A DNA stretch of 32,000 nucleotides, taken from the NCBI RefSeq assembly GCF_051201565.1, contig NZ_CP179200.1, forward strand, positions 270,001-302,000, given 5' to 3'. Shown here one piece after another: positions 8,674 through 18,115 of the stretch (position 1 is the stretch's first letter; every line of letters begins with the position of its first letter). The stretch comes from Pseudothioglobus sp. nBUS_23 (lineage in GTDB: Bacteria; Pseudomonadota; Gammaproteobacteria; PS1; Pseudothioglobaceae). The notes beneath the pieces are model-generated. The model worked only from the letters and a program-made list of their open reading frames with translations, searched no databases and was not told the DNA's origin. The position numbers and the translations under genes were made by a program.

Positions 8674-10229
8674 GATTTAGTAATTACAGTATTTCCTGTT
8701 TCTTTTAATTGGTTTGGATAGTCTTGATTAAAGTGCAGTCCTCTACTTTCTTTTCTAGACAGCGCAGATTCTACAATAATTTTAGATGTTTGAGCCAAAT
8801 TTCTTAGTTCTATCAAATCTTCTGTTACTGTGTAAACTTGATAGTACTCATCAACCTCTTTATTTATTTGTTTAATCTTTTGGTAGGCTGATTTAAGACG
8901 GTTATTACTTCGAACAATGCCAACAAAATTCCACATTATGAGCCTAATTTCATGCCATAAATGGGCTATCACGACTTTTTCTCTAGAGGGTGCTACTCTT
9001 GAGTCATCCCACTTAGGAATAGCGTGAGGAATTTTATCAAGTGTGGCTTCGTTGATATCTTGAGCACAAGATTTTGCAAAAACTATACACTCAAGCAATG
9101 AATTGCTGGCCATTCTGTTTGCCCCATGAACACCTGTGTGAGCAACTTCACCAACAGCATAAAGATTATCTATATTGCTTCGGGCATCTATGTTTGTATC
9201 TACTCCGCCGCATGTATAGTGAGCAGCTGGAACAACTGGGAGCGCCTCTTTAGATATATCAATACCAAGCTCACTACAGCGCTTAGTAATTGTAGGAAAG
9301 CGAGATTTTATCCATTTTGCCTCTTTAAAGGAGAAGTCAAGATAAACACAATCAAACCCATGCACTTTCATTTCATTATCAATCGCTCTAGCGACGATAT
9401 CTCTAGGCGCAAGTTCAAGTCGGTCATCGTATTTATGCATGAATTCTTGACCGTCAGGTAGAAGAAGTTTTGCCCCTTCACCTCTGAGAGTTTCAGAGAT
9501 TAAGAAAGATTTTGCATGCGGATGAAATAGGCATGTGGGATGAAATTGAGTAAATTCCATATTAGTTATTTTGCATCCAGCCCTATATGCCATAGCAATA
9601 CCGTCTCCGGTGGAAGTATCTGGATTGGACGTATAAAGATAGGATTTTGAGGCACCCCCTGTAGCCAAAATAGTTTTCTTTGAGCTAAATGTTAGTACCT
9701 CTTTAGAGTTTTTATCTAGGACATATGCGCCATAAGATTTATTTTCTTTAACTACTAGATCAACCGCGACATATTCTTCGAACAATTTAATATTTTTATG
9801 CTTCTTTGCTTGCGCTAGAAGATTAACTTGAATGGACTGACCAGTTTTATCTGCGACATGCGCAACCCTATTGGAACTGTGCCCACCTTCAGTAGTTAGG
9901 TCATACTTATTATCAATGTTCGAAAATTTAACGCCAGTTTTCTCTAAATCATGGATTGCCTGAGGGGCTTGTTCAACCATAAACCTAATGCTTGCTTCAT
10001 TTCCTAGGTTAAATCCAGTATTGATAGTATCAGTTATATGTGACTCAAAATTATCATCTGGATCCAATACTGCAGAGATCCCACCTTGAGCATAATAAGA
10101 TGAACCTTCAAGTATTTTATCTTTTGCAATTACTGCAATTGATAGGTTATCAGAGAGTTGAATTGCACTCATCAAACCTGCTGCTCCTGAGCCAATAATT
10201 AAAACATCAAATTGATAATCGATAGACAT
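8670..10229 (-). CDS. nadB: L-aspartate oxidase
   Basis: 519 aa. [12 protein letters not shown] fold, [16 protein letters not shown]. Succinate dehydrogenase/fumarate reductase flavoprotein family with NadB-type length. Confidence 0.93.
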   Translation of the reverse strand: MSIDYQFDVLIIGSGAAGLMSAIQLSDNLSIAVIAKDKILEGSSYYAQGGISAVLDPDDNFESHITDTINTGFNLGNEASIRFMVEQAPQAIHDLEKTGVKFSNIDNKYDLTTEGGHSSNRVAHVADKTGQSIQVNLLAQAKKHKNIKLFEEYVAVDLVVKENKSYGAYVLDKNSKEVLTFSSKKTILATGGASKSYLYTSNPDTSTGDGIAMAYRAGCKITNMEFTQFHPTCLFHPHAKSFLISETLRGEGAKLLLPDGQEFMHKYDDRLELAPRDIVARAIDNEMKVHGFDCVYLDFSFKEAKWIKSRFPTITKRCSELGIDISKEALPVVPAAHYTCGGVDTNIDARSNIDNLYAVGEVAHTGVHGANRMASNSLLECIVFAKSCAQDINEATLDKIPHAIPKWDDSRVAPSREKVVIAHLWHEIRLIMWNFVGIVRSNNRLKSAYQKIKQINKEVDEYYQVYTVTEDLIELRNLAQTSKIIVESALSRKESRGLHFNQDYPNQLKETGNTVITKS

Positions 10230-10345
10230 AATAAATTGTTACAAAAAGACACAAAATAAAAATATATAAAATTTATTTTTATATATAATTTCCCGCAAGT
10301 TAAAAACTACTATATTTAACTTATTTCTCCTTTTAATAGTAGACT

Positions 10346-10383
10346 AACCCCGCACTCTTATTCGATGCGGGGTTTTTTATTTT
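10346..10383. terminator. GC-rich hairpin (9-bp stem, 11-nt loop). It lies just 3' of the minus-strand exporter gene, but its T-tract is on the + strand
   Basis: aaccccgca (10346-10354) pairs with tgcggggtt (10366-10374). On the + strand it is followed by TTTTTTATTTT. On the - strand it is preceded by an A-run and followed by the poorer TTAGTCTACT. Strand assignment is therefore ambiguous. Confidence 0.65.
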
Positions 10384-12667
10384 ATAAGACTTTCTTGCTC
10401 ATTCTTGGTTTAAAAATTAATAGCAATTTTGGGAGCAAAGTGAGATTAACGATAACTGCACTCAGCATTGCTATTGCCATAAAGATTCCAAAATATATAC
10501 TTGGAATGAAATTTGATAGAGTTAGGACTAGAAATCCAATTGCAACAGTTGTTGCGGTATAAAACATAGACACGCCGATCGAGTTATGAGCCCGATACAT
10601 CGACATTATAAAGTCGCCATCCAATAATAACTCAGCTTTAAATCTGCTGATATAGTGAATAGCATTATCGATTCCAATCCCGATTGCTATTGCTGCTATT
10701 GTAATGGTCATAATATCCAGTGGTATTCCCGCAAAGCCCATCACCCCAAGGATTATGAGAGATGGAAGAATATTTGGAATGACAGCGATAAGAGCAATAG
10801 ATATAGATCTAAATACAATTAAAAAGAGAACAAAAATAATAGTAAAGACAGTAAATATAGTTTGTATTTGTGATGCAAATAAACTCTGTAGCAGATTGTT
10901 GTAAAGTGAAAAGGTCCCAGTAAAATAAAAATCATCTTCATCAAAGTAAAAATCTTCGACCAATGATTTCTTGATGTCCAAAATTAGTTCATTTCTTTTA
11001 AGATCAGAAGTTGTTTCCTTCACCCTAGCAACAATTCGTATTTGATCTGTCTCGTCCGAAATGTGCGGTCTTAAAACTTGAGATTTAGCAAAATCTGGCA
11101 TATTATTTTTACCCAAAATGAGTAAAAAGCCATTAGGTGCTTTTCCATCATTAGATTCTTTAAGAACTTGCATGAAGGTATCAATTGAGAGAACTTTTCC
11201 AACGCTAGGAATCTTATCAAGATAGTTATGAACTTCATGAAATTCTTCTCTTAAGCCAGCATCAGCCCAATAAGCACTTGCAAAATCATTGAACACAATT
11301 TCAAGTGGAATAGTCCCGCCTAGCTCCTTATCTATAAAACTGAGACCTTGATATATTTCGGTATTTTTTTTGAAATAGTTTATAAAGCTATTTTCAACAG
11401 AGAGCTTACTCAAGCCAAAGATTGAAACTAGAGCAATAATCAAAAAGCCCAATAATATAGACTGACCTTTTTTATCTGATAATAATGCAAGCTTTTGAAG
11501 TATTAAATTTTTCTTATATTCTCTTAAAGGTTTAGGCTTTTTTAGCAACATCATAACTATTGCAAAGCCTATAAATGACAATATAAATGCAACCATGACG
11601 CCAATACTCATCATTAGGCCGAAGTCAATGACAGGCTGAACTTGACTTGCAGTTAGTGAGGCGAAAGCTGCTATTGTGGTGATAACAGTGTATAGACATG
11701 GCCTGACCATTTGATTTAAGGTTTGGCGAATGGTCTCTGAATTATTTTGTTCAAGATGTTGACTTGAAATTTCTCTATACCGAACAACTAAATGGATTAT
11801 TACCGACAAAGTCATAACTAGCAACAGTGAGAAAAAATTGGCTGAAATGACTGTCACCTTCCATCCAATGGAGCTAATGAGTCCAGTCATAAATAAAGCG
11901 CCAATGATGCTAATAGTTATTGGAATAAGAACCCATCTTATTTGACGAAATAAAATGGTTAGCATAATTGACATTGTTAGAATGACTGCAAGACTAAATA
12001 CAACTAAATCACTTTTGATGAAGTCAATAACATCATTTCTAATCATCGGCACTCCGCCTAGATAAAGTGATGCATTGTCTCGATATGCATCCATTGTCAT
12101 GCGGATATTCTTTATTAGTATCTCTAAAAGCTCGTCATCAATTAATATTCTTGGATCATCAGTTGCTAGAGGTATCAGTATGGCGGTAGTTTTAAGATCT
12201 TCACTGACTAGATTGTTTGCATAAAGCGGACTATTTTTAAACTCCTTTGCTATGAGGCTCCGATCTGCTTTACCATTCTCAATTGTATAAACATCACTAA
12301 CAAGTTCAACTAACGATAGTGGCGGTGATTGAAAAAGGGACACATCTAGAATGGAGGTTACCGAGCTTACCCCCTCTAACTCTAATAAATCATCTCTCAG
12401 AGATCTTAATGAAGTTAAGTGATCTTTGGATAGGACAGTTCCATTGTTAACGGAATAACTTATTACTAAAGATTCATCTGACCCAAAGGTCTCTTGGGTT
12501 GCAAAGTAAAGTTCAAGATTGTTGTCACCCTCCAGAGATAATGATTCTGAAGATGCATCAAGAGAAAAGTTTTGGATCTGTATAGCTGACGTACAAACAA
12601 TGATTAAAAAAGCTATTAATGACCAAACTGGCTTTCTAATTATAAAATTTAAAATTGAATTAAGCAT
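10382..12667 (-). CDS. RND-superfamily exporter of the MMPL/HAE3 type (COG1033-like)
   Basis: 761 aa. Two repeated modules, each a large soluble loop followed by a cluster of about 5-6 hydrophobic helices. This is the typical two-fold MMPL/SSD architecture. Confidence 0.8.
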   Translation of the reverse strand: MLNSILNFIIRKPVWSLIAFLIIVCTSAIQIQNFSLDASSESLSLEGDNNLELYFATQETFGSDESLVISYSVNNGTVLSKDHLTSLRSLRDDLLELEGVSSVTSILDVSLFQSPPLSLVELVSDVYTIENGKADRSLIAKEFKNSPLYANNLVSEDLKTTAILIPLATDDPRILIDDELLEILIKNIRMTMDAYRDNASLYLGGVPMIRNDVIDFIKSDLVVFSLAVILTMSIMLTILFRQIRWVLIPITISIIGALFMTGLISSIGWKVTVISANFFSLLLVMTLSVIIHLVVRYREISSQHLEQNNSETIRQTLNQMVRPCLYTVITTIAAFASLTASQVQPVIDFGLMMSIGVMVAFILSFIGFAIVMMLLKKPKPLREYKKNLILQKLALLSDKKGQSILLGFLIIALVSIFGLSKLSVENSFINYFKKNTEIYQGLSFIDKELGGTIPLEIVFNDFASAYWADAGLREEFHEVHNYLDKIPSVGKVLSIDTFMQVLKESNDGKAPNGFLLILGKNNMPDFAKSQVLRPHISDETDQIRIVARVKETTSDLKRNELILDIKKSLVEDFYFDEDDFYFTGTFSLYNNLLQSLFASQIQTIFTVFTIIFVLFLIVFRSISIALIAVIPNILPSLIILGVMGFAGIPLDIMTITIAAIAIGIGIDNAIHYISRFKAELLLDGDFIMSMYRAHNSIGVSMFYTATTVAIGFLVLTLSNFIPSIYFGIFMAIAMLSAVIVNLTLLPKLLLIFKPRMSKKVL

Positions 12668-12684
12668 GCATGCCTATTTCAAAT

Positions 12685-13338
12685 TTAAAAAGAGAATTGT
12701 TCGACTGGTTCATGACCCTTCAAATATTCAAGGTGCGTTTCAAATAGAGATTTGGTGTGCCAATTCGTTTTGGTTGTTCTAGTAACCAGAGAGGCATGCA
12801 TATGATTTTTTGATCCTACAACAATAAATAACTTGCCACCTAGCTTAAGAAGTTTTTTTAAATCTTCCTCAATCATTGGAAGTGCAGACGTTATTACAAT
12901 GACATCAAACTGCTCTTCGTGAAAATTTGAACACTTAAAATCATCATTGATAAGATCAACATTCTTGAGCTTTAATTTTTTTATATTTGCTTTTGCAAGC
13001 TCATGTAGCTCTTGCTCAATTTCAACAGATTTAACTGATTTAGATAAATTTGCAAGAACCGAGGTAAGGTAGCCGCTTCCTGTTCCAACTTCAAGAACCT
13101 CTTCTTCTCCCTGAAGGTTAAGGCTATCTAATATCCTACCCTCAATTTTAGGGGACAGCATTCTATCAACTGCACTAAGTGGTATTTCTATATCTGCAAA
13201 TACAAGCTTTTGATATTCTTCAGGTACAAAATTTTCTCGAGGAACTTCTGCCAGAGCTTTGTTAGCCCTCTCATTGAGGCCACCCCAAGGCCTAATTTGT
13301 TGCTCAATAACGTTTTTTCTTGCTTGTTTAATATCCAT
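12685..13338 (-). CDS. Protein-L-isoaspartate O-methyltransferase-like SAM-dependent methyltransferase (Pcm paralogue type)
   Basis: 217 aa. SAM motif I VLEVGTGSGYLT. N-terminal EQQIRPWG...VPRENFVP typical of the Pcm family. Confidence 0.8.
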   Translation of the reverse strand: MDIKQARKNVIEQQIRPWGGLNERANKALAEVPRENFVPEEYQKLVFADIEIPLSAVDRMLSPKIEGRILDSLNLQGEEEVLEVGTGSGYLTSVLANLSKSVKSVEIEQELHELAKANIKKLKLKNVDLINDDFKCSNFHEEQFDVIVITSALPMIEEDLKKLLKLGGKLFIVVGSKNHMHASLVTRTTKTNWHTKSLFETHLEYLKGHEPVEQFSF

Positions 13339-13345
13339 ATAGCAC

Positions 13346-14752
13346 CTATTTTCTCTTCCTTGGAGGCATCAAATCAGTAATTGTTCCTTCAGCCATTTCT
13401 GCTGCAAATGCGGTAGTTTCTGATAAAGTAGGATGGGCGTGAATAGTCAATGCAATATCACTCATATCACAGCCCATCTCAATTGCTAGACTTGCCTCTG
13501 ATATTAAATCACCTGCATTGGTGCCACAAATTCCCATGCCCAGAATCTTACCCGATTTAGTATCAAATAGTGCTTTAGATACTCCCTCACTTCTTCCAAT
13601 ACTTAGACTTCTACCTGATGCTGCCCAAGGGAAAACACCTTTTTCGTAATCAACACCCTTCTCCTTCAACTCTTTCTCAGTTTTCCCTGTCCAAGCAACC
13701 TCAGGGTCTGTATATGCAACCGATGGAATAGTTAGCACATCAAAGCCTGATTTCTCACCACAGATGACTTCTGCAGCAACTTTAGCTTCATGAACTGCCT
13801 TATGGGCGAGCATAGGCTGGCCAACCACATCACCTATTGCAAAAATGTTTTCGACATTTGTTTTCATTTGTCTATCAGTTTCAATGAACCCGCTTTCATT
13901 TACATGCACACCAGCCTTATCTGCATCAACTAAGTTTCCATTAGGGGTCCTTCCTACAGCTACTAGGACTTTATCAAAGGTGTCATTTTTTGGAGCATCC
14001 TTTCCTTCAAATTCTACTTTGATTCCTTTTTTTAGAGTGCTCATCGAAGTGACTTTAGTGTTTAAAAAGACATTGGCATAGTTTTTCTTGGCTTTCTTAA
14101 AAAGAGGGCTAACAATATCTTTATCAGCTGCTGGAATAATTTGACCGCCAAGCTCAACAATTGTAATTTCACTGCCAAGAGCATCGTAAATTGTTGCCAT
14201 CTCAAGGCCAATTATTCCACCTCCAACTACCAGCATTCTTTTCGGAATATCATCTAGAAGGAGTGCATCAGTCGAGTCCATAACACGTTTGTCCTCAAAT
14301 GGAAACATTGGAAACTTTGTAACTCTAGAGCCTACAGCGATGACGCATTGCTCAAATTCAATAACTTCGTTTGAATCATCAAGGACTACTTGATTTTTTG
14401 AAATAAATTTTGCATAACCATTAATGACATTTACTTTTCTAGCTTTTGCAAGTGCCTGAATTCCACCTGTAAGTTTTTGAACAATACTGTCTTTATTTTT
14501 TTTAACGCCTTCGAGATTAATTTTTGGCTTTGAAAAAGTTACACCTAGATCACTTGCATGCTTAGACTCATTGATAACTTCTGCTGTATGCAAAAGTGAT
14601 TTAGATGGAATACATCCAACATTTAAACAGACCCCTCCTAAAGATGGATGGCGTTCGATAAGGGTAACATTTTTGCCTAAGTCAGCTGCTCTAAATGCTG
14701 CCGTGTAGCCTCCAGGTCCAGAACCGATAACCAAAACTTGAGTTTTAATCAT
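13346..14752 (-). CDS. lpdA: Dihydrolipoyl dehydrogenase (E3)
   Basis: 468 aa. GSGPGGY, redox-active GGVCLNVGCIPSK, C-terminal HAHPTLSE. The ATG overlaps the aceF stop (ATGA). Confidence 0.95.
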   Translation of the reverse strand: MIKTQVLVIGSGPGGYTAAFRAADLGKNVTLIERHPSLGGVCLNVGCIPSKSLLHTAEVINESKHASDLGVTFSKPKINLEGVKKNKDSIVQKLTGGIQALAKARKVNVINGYAKFISKNQVVLDDSNEVIEFEQCVIAVGSRVTKFPMFPFEDKRVMDSTDALLLDDIPKRMLVVGGGIIGLEMATIYDALGSEITIVELGGQIIPAADKDIVSPLFKKAKKNYANVFLNTKVTSMSTLKKGIKVEFEGKDAPKNDTFDKVLVAVGRTPNGNLVDADKAGVHVNESGFIETDRQMKTNVENIFAIGDVVGQPMLAHKAVHEAKVAAEVICGEKSGFDVLTIPSVAYTDPEVAWTGKTEKELKEKGVDYEKGVFPWAASGRSLSIGRSEGVSKALFDTKSGKILGMGICGTNAGDLISEASLAIEMGCDMSDIALTIHAHPTLSETTAFAAEMAEGTITDLMPPRKRK

Positions 14753-16278
14753 AACAACATCTCCATAATATTACTTAAGACCTGATTTAATTCTGCCATA
14801 AATCTTGCACCTTCAGCCCCATCTATTACTCTGTGGTCATATGACAAGGCAAGAGGAATCATAGATGTAGGTTCGAAAGTTGATCCATTCCAAATAGGCT
14901 TAATTTGTGTTCTTGCGACGCCTAAAATTGCAACTTCTGGTGCATTTATAATTGGCGTGAACTGTGTTCCGCCAATACCTCCTAAACTTGAGATTGTAAA
15001 GCCTGCGCCTTTCATTTCACTCGAATCAAGTTTTCCTTCTCTCGCTCTTAAAGATACTTCTGCGAGCTCTTCAGATAGTTCTATTAGGGATTTTTTTCCG
15101 ACATCTTTAATTACAGGAACAAGAAGACCATTTGGAGTATCTACTGCAATTCCAAGATTGAAGTATTTTTTTAATATAAGGTTCTCTGCATTTTCATCTA
15201 GTGATGCATTAAAGTTTGGGTGACGCTTTAAGACCTGAACCACAGCCTTCATAATAAAAACAAGAGGGCTCAACTTAATATTTTTTTCTTTTTGATGTTT
15301 TCGAAATTTTTCTAGCTGTTCAATATTTACCTCATCAAATTGAGTCACATGAGGAATAGTACTCCAGCATTTCGATAGATGCTTTCCAGAAAGTTTTTTA
15401 ATTCTAGATAAAGGAATGACTTCCACTTCTTCAACCACAGTCCCATTCTCAAGAAGAGTTTTAACGTGAGATTTAAGGTCTTCATCAAGTATTCTGCCTT
15501 TCTTTCCTGTTCCCTTTATTCCAGAAAGACTGACACCAAGCTCTCTGGCTAATTTTCTGATAGATGGGGATGCATGAAAGTTTGAATCAGGATTTAATGA
15601 AATTTCTTCTTTAAAAGTTTCATTTTTTTCATCTATATTAGTAACAACTTCTGAGGCAACATCTTTTTTAGCCTGATCAACTGGCTGAGCAGATTCAGGA
15701 GTCTCTTCAAGGCTTTCAGCACTTTCTGATTCGCTCTCAAGAGTCAAAATGAGATCGCCTTTTGCTACCTTATCTCCTACTTTAACGGAGAGGGCGGTAA
15801 CCTTTCCAGCAAACGGGGCTGGGATTTCCATCGTAGCTTTATCCGTCTCAAGCGTAATGATGCTGTCATTTTCATTAACAGTATCTCCAACTTTTACAAG
15901 AACTTCGATAATATCTACTGCATCAAAATCACCTATATCGGGCAACTCTACGTTTTTTTGAGCCAAAGAGGATTTAGAATTCTGATCAACTGGCTGAGCA
16001 GATTCAGGAGTCTCTTCAAGGCTTTCAGCACTTTCTGATTCGCTCTCAAGAGTCAAAATGAGATCGCCTTTTGCTACCTTATCTCCTACTTTAACGGAGA
16101 GGGCGGTAACCTTTCCAGCAAACGGGGCTGGGATTTCCATCGTAGCTTTATCCGTCTCAAGCGTAATGATGCTGTCATTTTCATTAACAGTATCTCCAAC
16201 TTTTACAAGAACTTCGATAATATCTACTGCATCAAAATCACCTATATCGGGCAACTCTACGTTTTTTTGAGTAGGCAT
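14749..16278 (-). CDS. aceF: Pyruvate dehydrogenase E2, dihydrolipoyllysine-residue acetyltransferase with two lipoyl domains
   Basis: 509 aa. Two lipoyl domains (ETDKATMEIPAPFAG occurs twice), an E3-binding domain (SPSIRKLARELGV) and a catalytic domain with SYDHRVIDGAEGARF, which is AceF-like rather than SucB-like. Confidence 0.93.
   Translation of the reverse strand: MPTQKNVELPDIGDFDAVDIIEVLVKVGDTVNENDSIITLETDKATMEIPAPFAGKVTALSVKVGDKVAKGDLILTLESESESAESLEETPESAQPVDQNSKSSLAQKNVELPDIGDFDAVDIIEVLVKVGDTVNENDSIITLETDKATMEIPAPFAGKVTALSVKVGDKVAKGDLILTLESESESAESLEETPESAQPVDQAKKDVASEVVTNIDEKNETFKEEISLNPDSNFHASPSIRKLARELGVSLSGIKGTGKKGRILDEDLKSHVKTLLENGTVVEEVEVIPLSRIKKLSGKHLSKCWSTIPHVTQFDEVNIEQLEKFRKHQKEKNIKLSPLVFIMKAVVQVLKRHPNFNASLDENAENLILKKYFNLGIAVDTPNGLLVPVIKDVGKKSLIELSEELAEVSLRAREGKLDSSEMKGAGFTISSLGGIGGTQFTPIINAPEVAILGVARTQIKPIWNGSTFEPTSMIPLALSYDHRVIDGAEGARFMAELNQVLSNIMEMLL
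15673..16271. repeat. Perfect tandem direct repeat: two 290-bp copies (15673-15962 and 15982-16271), period 309 bp, 19-bp spacer, inside aceF
   Basis: I compared the copies base by base in the sequence. The antisense ORFs 15749..15961 and 16058..16270 in the track have identical 70-aa translations. Each copy encodes 96 aa: a lipoyl domain plus an acidic linker. Confidence 0.95.
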
Positions 16279-16433
16279 ATGGACTAATTAAATAGCTTTA
16301 AATTTGAACCAACTAATTATCCCAAATTTAATGTGAGAAAGGCGGTTAATGTTAAAATTTATTTGAAAAGAAAAACCTTATTTGTTTTTATTGTTATCAT
16401 GATTCTTTTATCAATACTTATATCAAAGACAAC

Positions 16434-17342
16434 ATGACTCTTGCACTTTCAACCGATTATTTAGCAAAAACTTATTCTAATAATCTTGAGGCACTTAAGG
16501 GAATAAATTTAAGTGTTGAACAGGGAGATTTTTTTGCTTTACTTGGCTCTAATGGCGCTGGCAAAACAACTGCAATTGGCATTATTTCAGGATTACTAAA
16601 GAGCACATCGGGTGAGGTTGAAATCAATGGTTTGAATCAAAAAAATCACTCTAATGAGGTAAAGAAAATGGTTGGATTGATGCCTCAAGAGTTTAACTTT
16701 AATCCCCATGAACCAAATATTGAAATTCTTATCAATCAGGCTGGGTACTTTGGCATTCCAAGAAAAGAAGCCAAAATTCAAGCTGAGGCTTTATTAAAAA
16801 AAATGGAGCTTTGGGACAGGCGCTTTGATGTTGCTCAATCATTGTCTGGTGGAATGAAGAGGCGATTAATGCTCGCACGAGCCTTAATCCATAAGCCCAA
16901 AATTTTGATACTCGATGAGCCAACTGCAGGAGTAGATGTCGAAATTCGTCAGTCTATGTGGAAATACCTTACTCAGTTAAATAATGAAGGAATGACGATC
17001 ATTTTAACAACTCACTATCTAGAAGAAGCCGAATCTCTATGCAGAAATATTGCTATCCTTAATAATGGCGAGATAGTGGAACAGTCAAATATGAAGAAGC
17101 TTCTTGCTAGGGCAAAAAGACAGGTCATTATTATTGATACTATTGAGAAAATATCAGGACAGATTGAAATAAGCGATTGTGACTGTGAGATCATTGATGA
17201 GAATACTTTGCAGGTTTCTCAAGGGGAGGGTGTCTCTATATCTGATGTGGTTGCATCTTTGTCAGAGCAAAATATTCAGGTCTCTCATCTCAGGAGTTCG
17301 CAAAATAGACTAGAAGCACTTTTCTTATCACTTACCACTTAA
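16434..17342 (+). CDS. ABC transporter ATP-binding protein (ABC-2 type, YadG-like)
   Basis: 302 aa. Walker A GSNGAGKTT, signature LSGGMKRRL, Walker B ILILDEPTAGVD, plus a C-terminal extension of about 80 aa. Confidence 0.9.
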   Translation: MTLALSTDYLAKTYSNNLEALKGINLSVEQGDFFALLGSNGAGKTTAIGIISGLLKSTSGEVEINGLNQKNHSNEVKKMVGLMPQEFNFNPHEPNIEILINQAGYFGIPRKEAKIQAEALLKKMELWDRRFDVAQSLSGGMKRRLMLARALIHKPKILILDEPTAGVDVEIRQSMWKYLTQLNNEGMTIILTTHYLEEAESLCRNIAILNNGEIVEQSNMKKLLARAKRQVIIIDTIEKISGQIEISDCDCEIIDENTLQVSQGEGVSISDVVASLSEQNIQVSHLRSSQNRLEALFLSLTT

Positions 17343-17348
17343 ACTAAT

Positions 17349-18110
17349 ATGTGGATTGCATACAAAACGATTGTCATTAAGGAGATACTGAGGTTCGTTA
17401 GAATTTGGGTGCAAACAATCGTTCCACCAGTTATAACCACTTCACTATACTTGCTGATTTTTGGTGGTTTGATGGGCAGTAGGATAGGTCAGATGCAGGG
17501 TATAGAGTATATAGATTTCATCGTACCTGGAATTATTTTAATGACAGTAATTATGCAGTCTTATGCTAATACCGTTTCTTCTTTTTTTATGACCAAATAT
17601 AATAACAGCTTTGAAGAGCTGCTTGTCTCAACAACGCCTAATTGGATTATTCTTCTAGGATTTGTTAGTGGAGGAATAGCTAGAGGCTTTTGTGTTGGGC
17701 TGGCTGTCACTTTTACGATTTCTTTTTTTGTCGAAATTAAAGCCTTTAGTCTTTTAATTATTACAGTAACCTTTTTCTTAACATCAATTATGTTCGCATT
17801 GGCAGGATTTATAAATGCGGTTTTTGCTAGAACTTTTGATGATATTTCAATAATTCCAAACTTTGTCCTTTTACCGCTAACTTATTTGAGTGGAATGTTT
17901 TACAGTATTGATATTTTGCCAAGTTTTTGGCGAGCATTGTCAGCATTTAACCCAATTTATTACATGATGGATGCATTTAGGTTAGGCTTTCTAGGTATAG
18001 GCTCTGTAGAATTATGGAAAGCTTTTTTAGTGCCTATTTCAATGATAATTGTGTTGACTTTAGTTGCTAATGCACTATTAAACCGTGGGGTAAGTATTAA
18101 AACAGAATAG
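17349..18110 (+). CDS. ABC-2 family transporter permease (YadH-like)
   Basis: 253 aa with about 6 hydrophobic helices. Starts 6 nt after the ATPase gene. Confidence 0.85.
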   Translation: MWIAYKTIVIKEILRFVRIWVQTIVPPVITTSLYLLIFGGLMGSRIGQMQGIEYIDFIVPGIILMTVIMQSYANTVSSFFMTKYNNSFEELLVSTTPNWIILLGFVSGGIARGFCVGLAVTFTISFFVEIKAFSLLIITVTFFLTSIMFALAGFINAVFARTFDDISIIPNFVLLPLTYLSGMFYSIDILPSFWRALSAFNPIYYMMDAFRLGFLGIGSVELWKAFLVPISMIIVLTLVANALLNRGVSIKTE

Positions 18111-18115
18111 TTTAT

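Noticed and set aside
10261-10292. AT-only near-palindrome (aatatataaaatttatttttatatataatt) upstream of nadB, considered as a NadR/NrtR-type operator
   Set aside because: It is imperfect and pure A/T low-complexity sequence, and it matches no operator consensus I can recall.
15749-16270. Two identical 70-aa + strand ORFs (15749..15961 and 16058..16270)
   Set aside because: They are antisense shadows of the duplicated lipoyl-domain segment of aceF. The aceF frame on the minus strand carries clear lipoyl-domain motifs. The identity simply reflects the DNA repeat.
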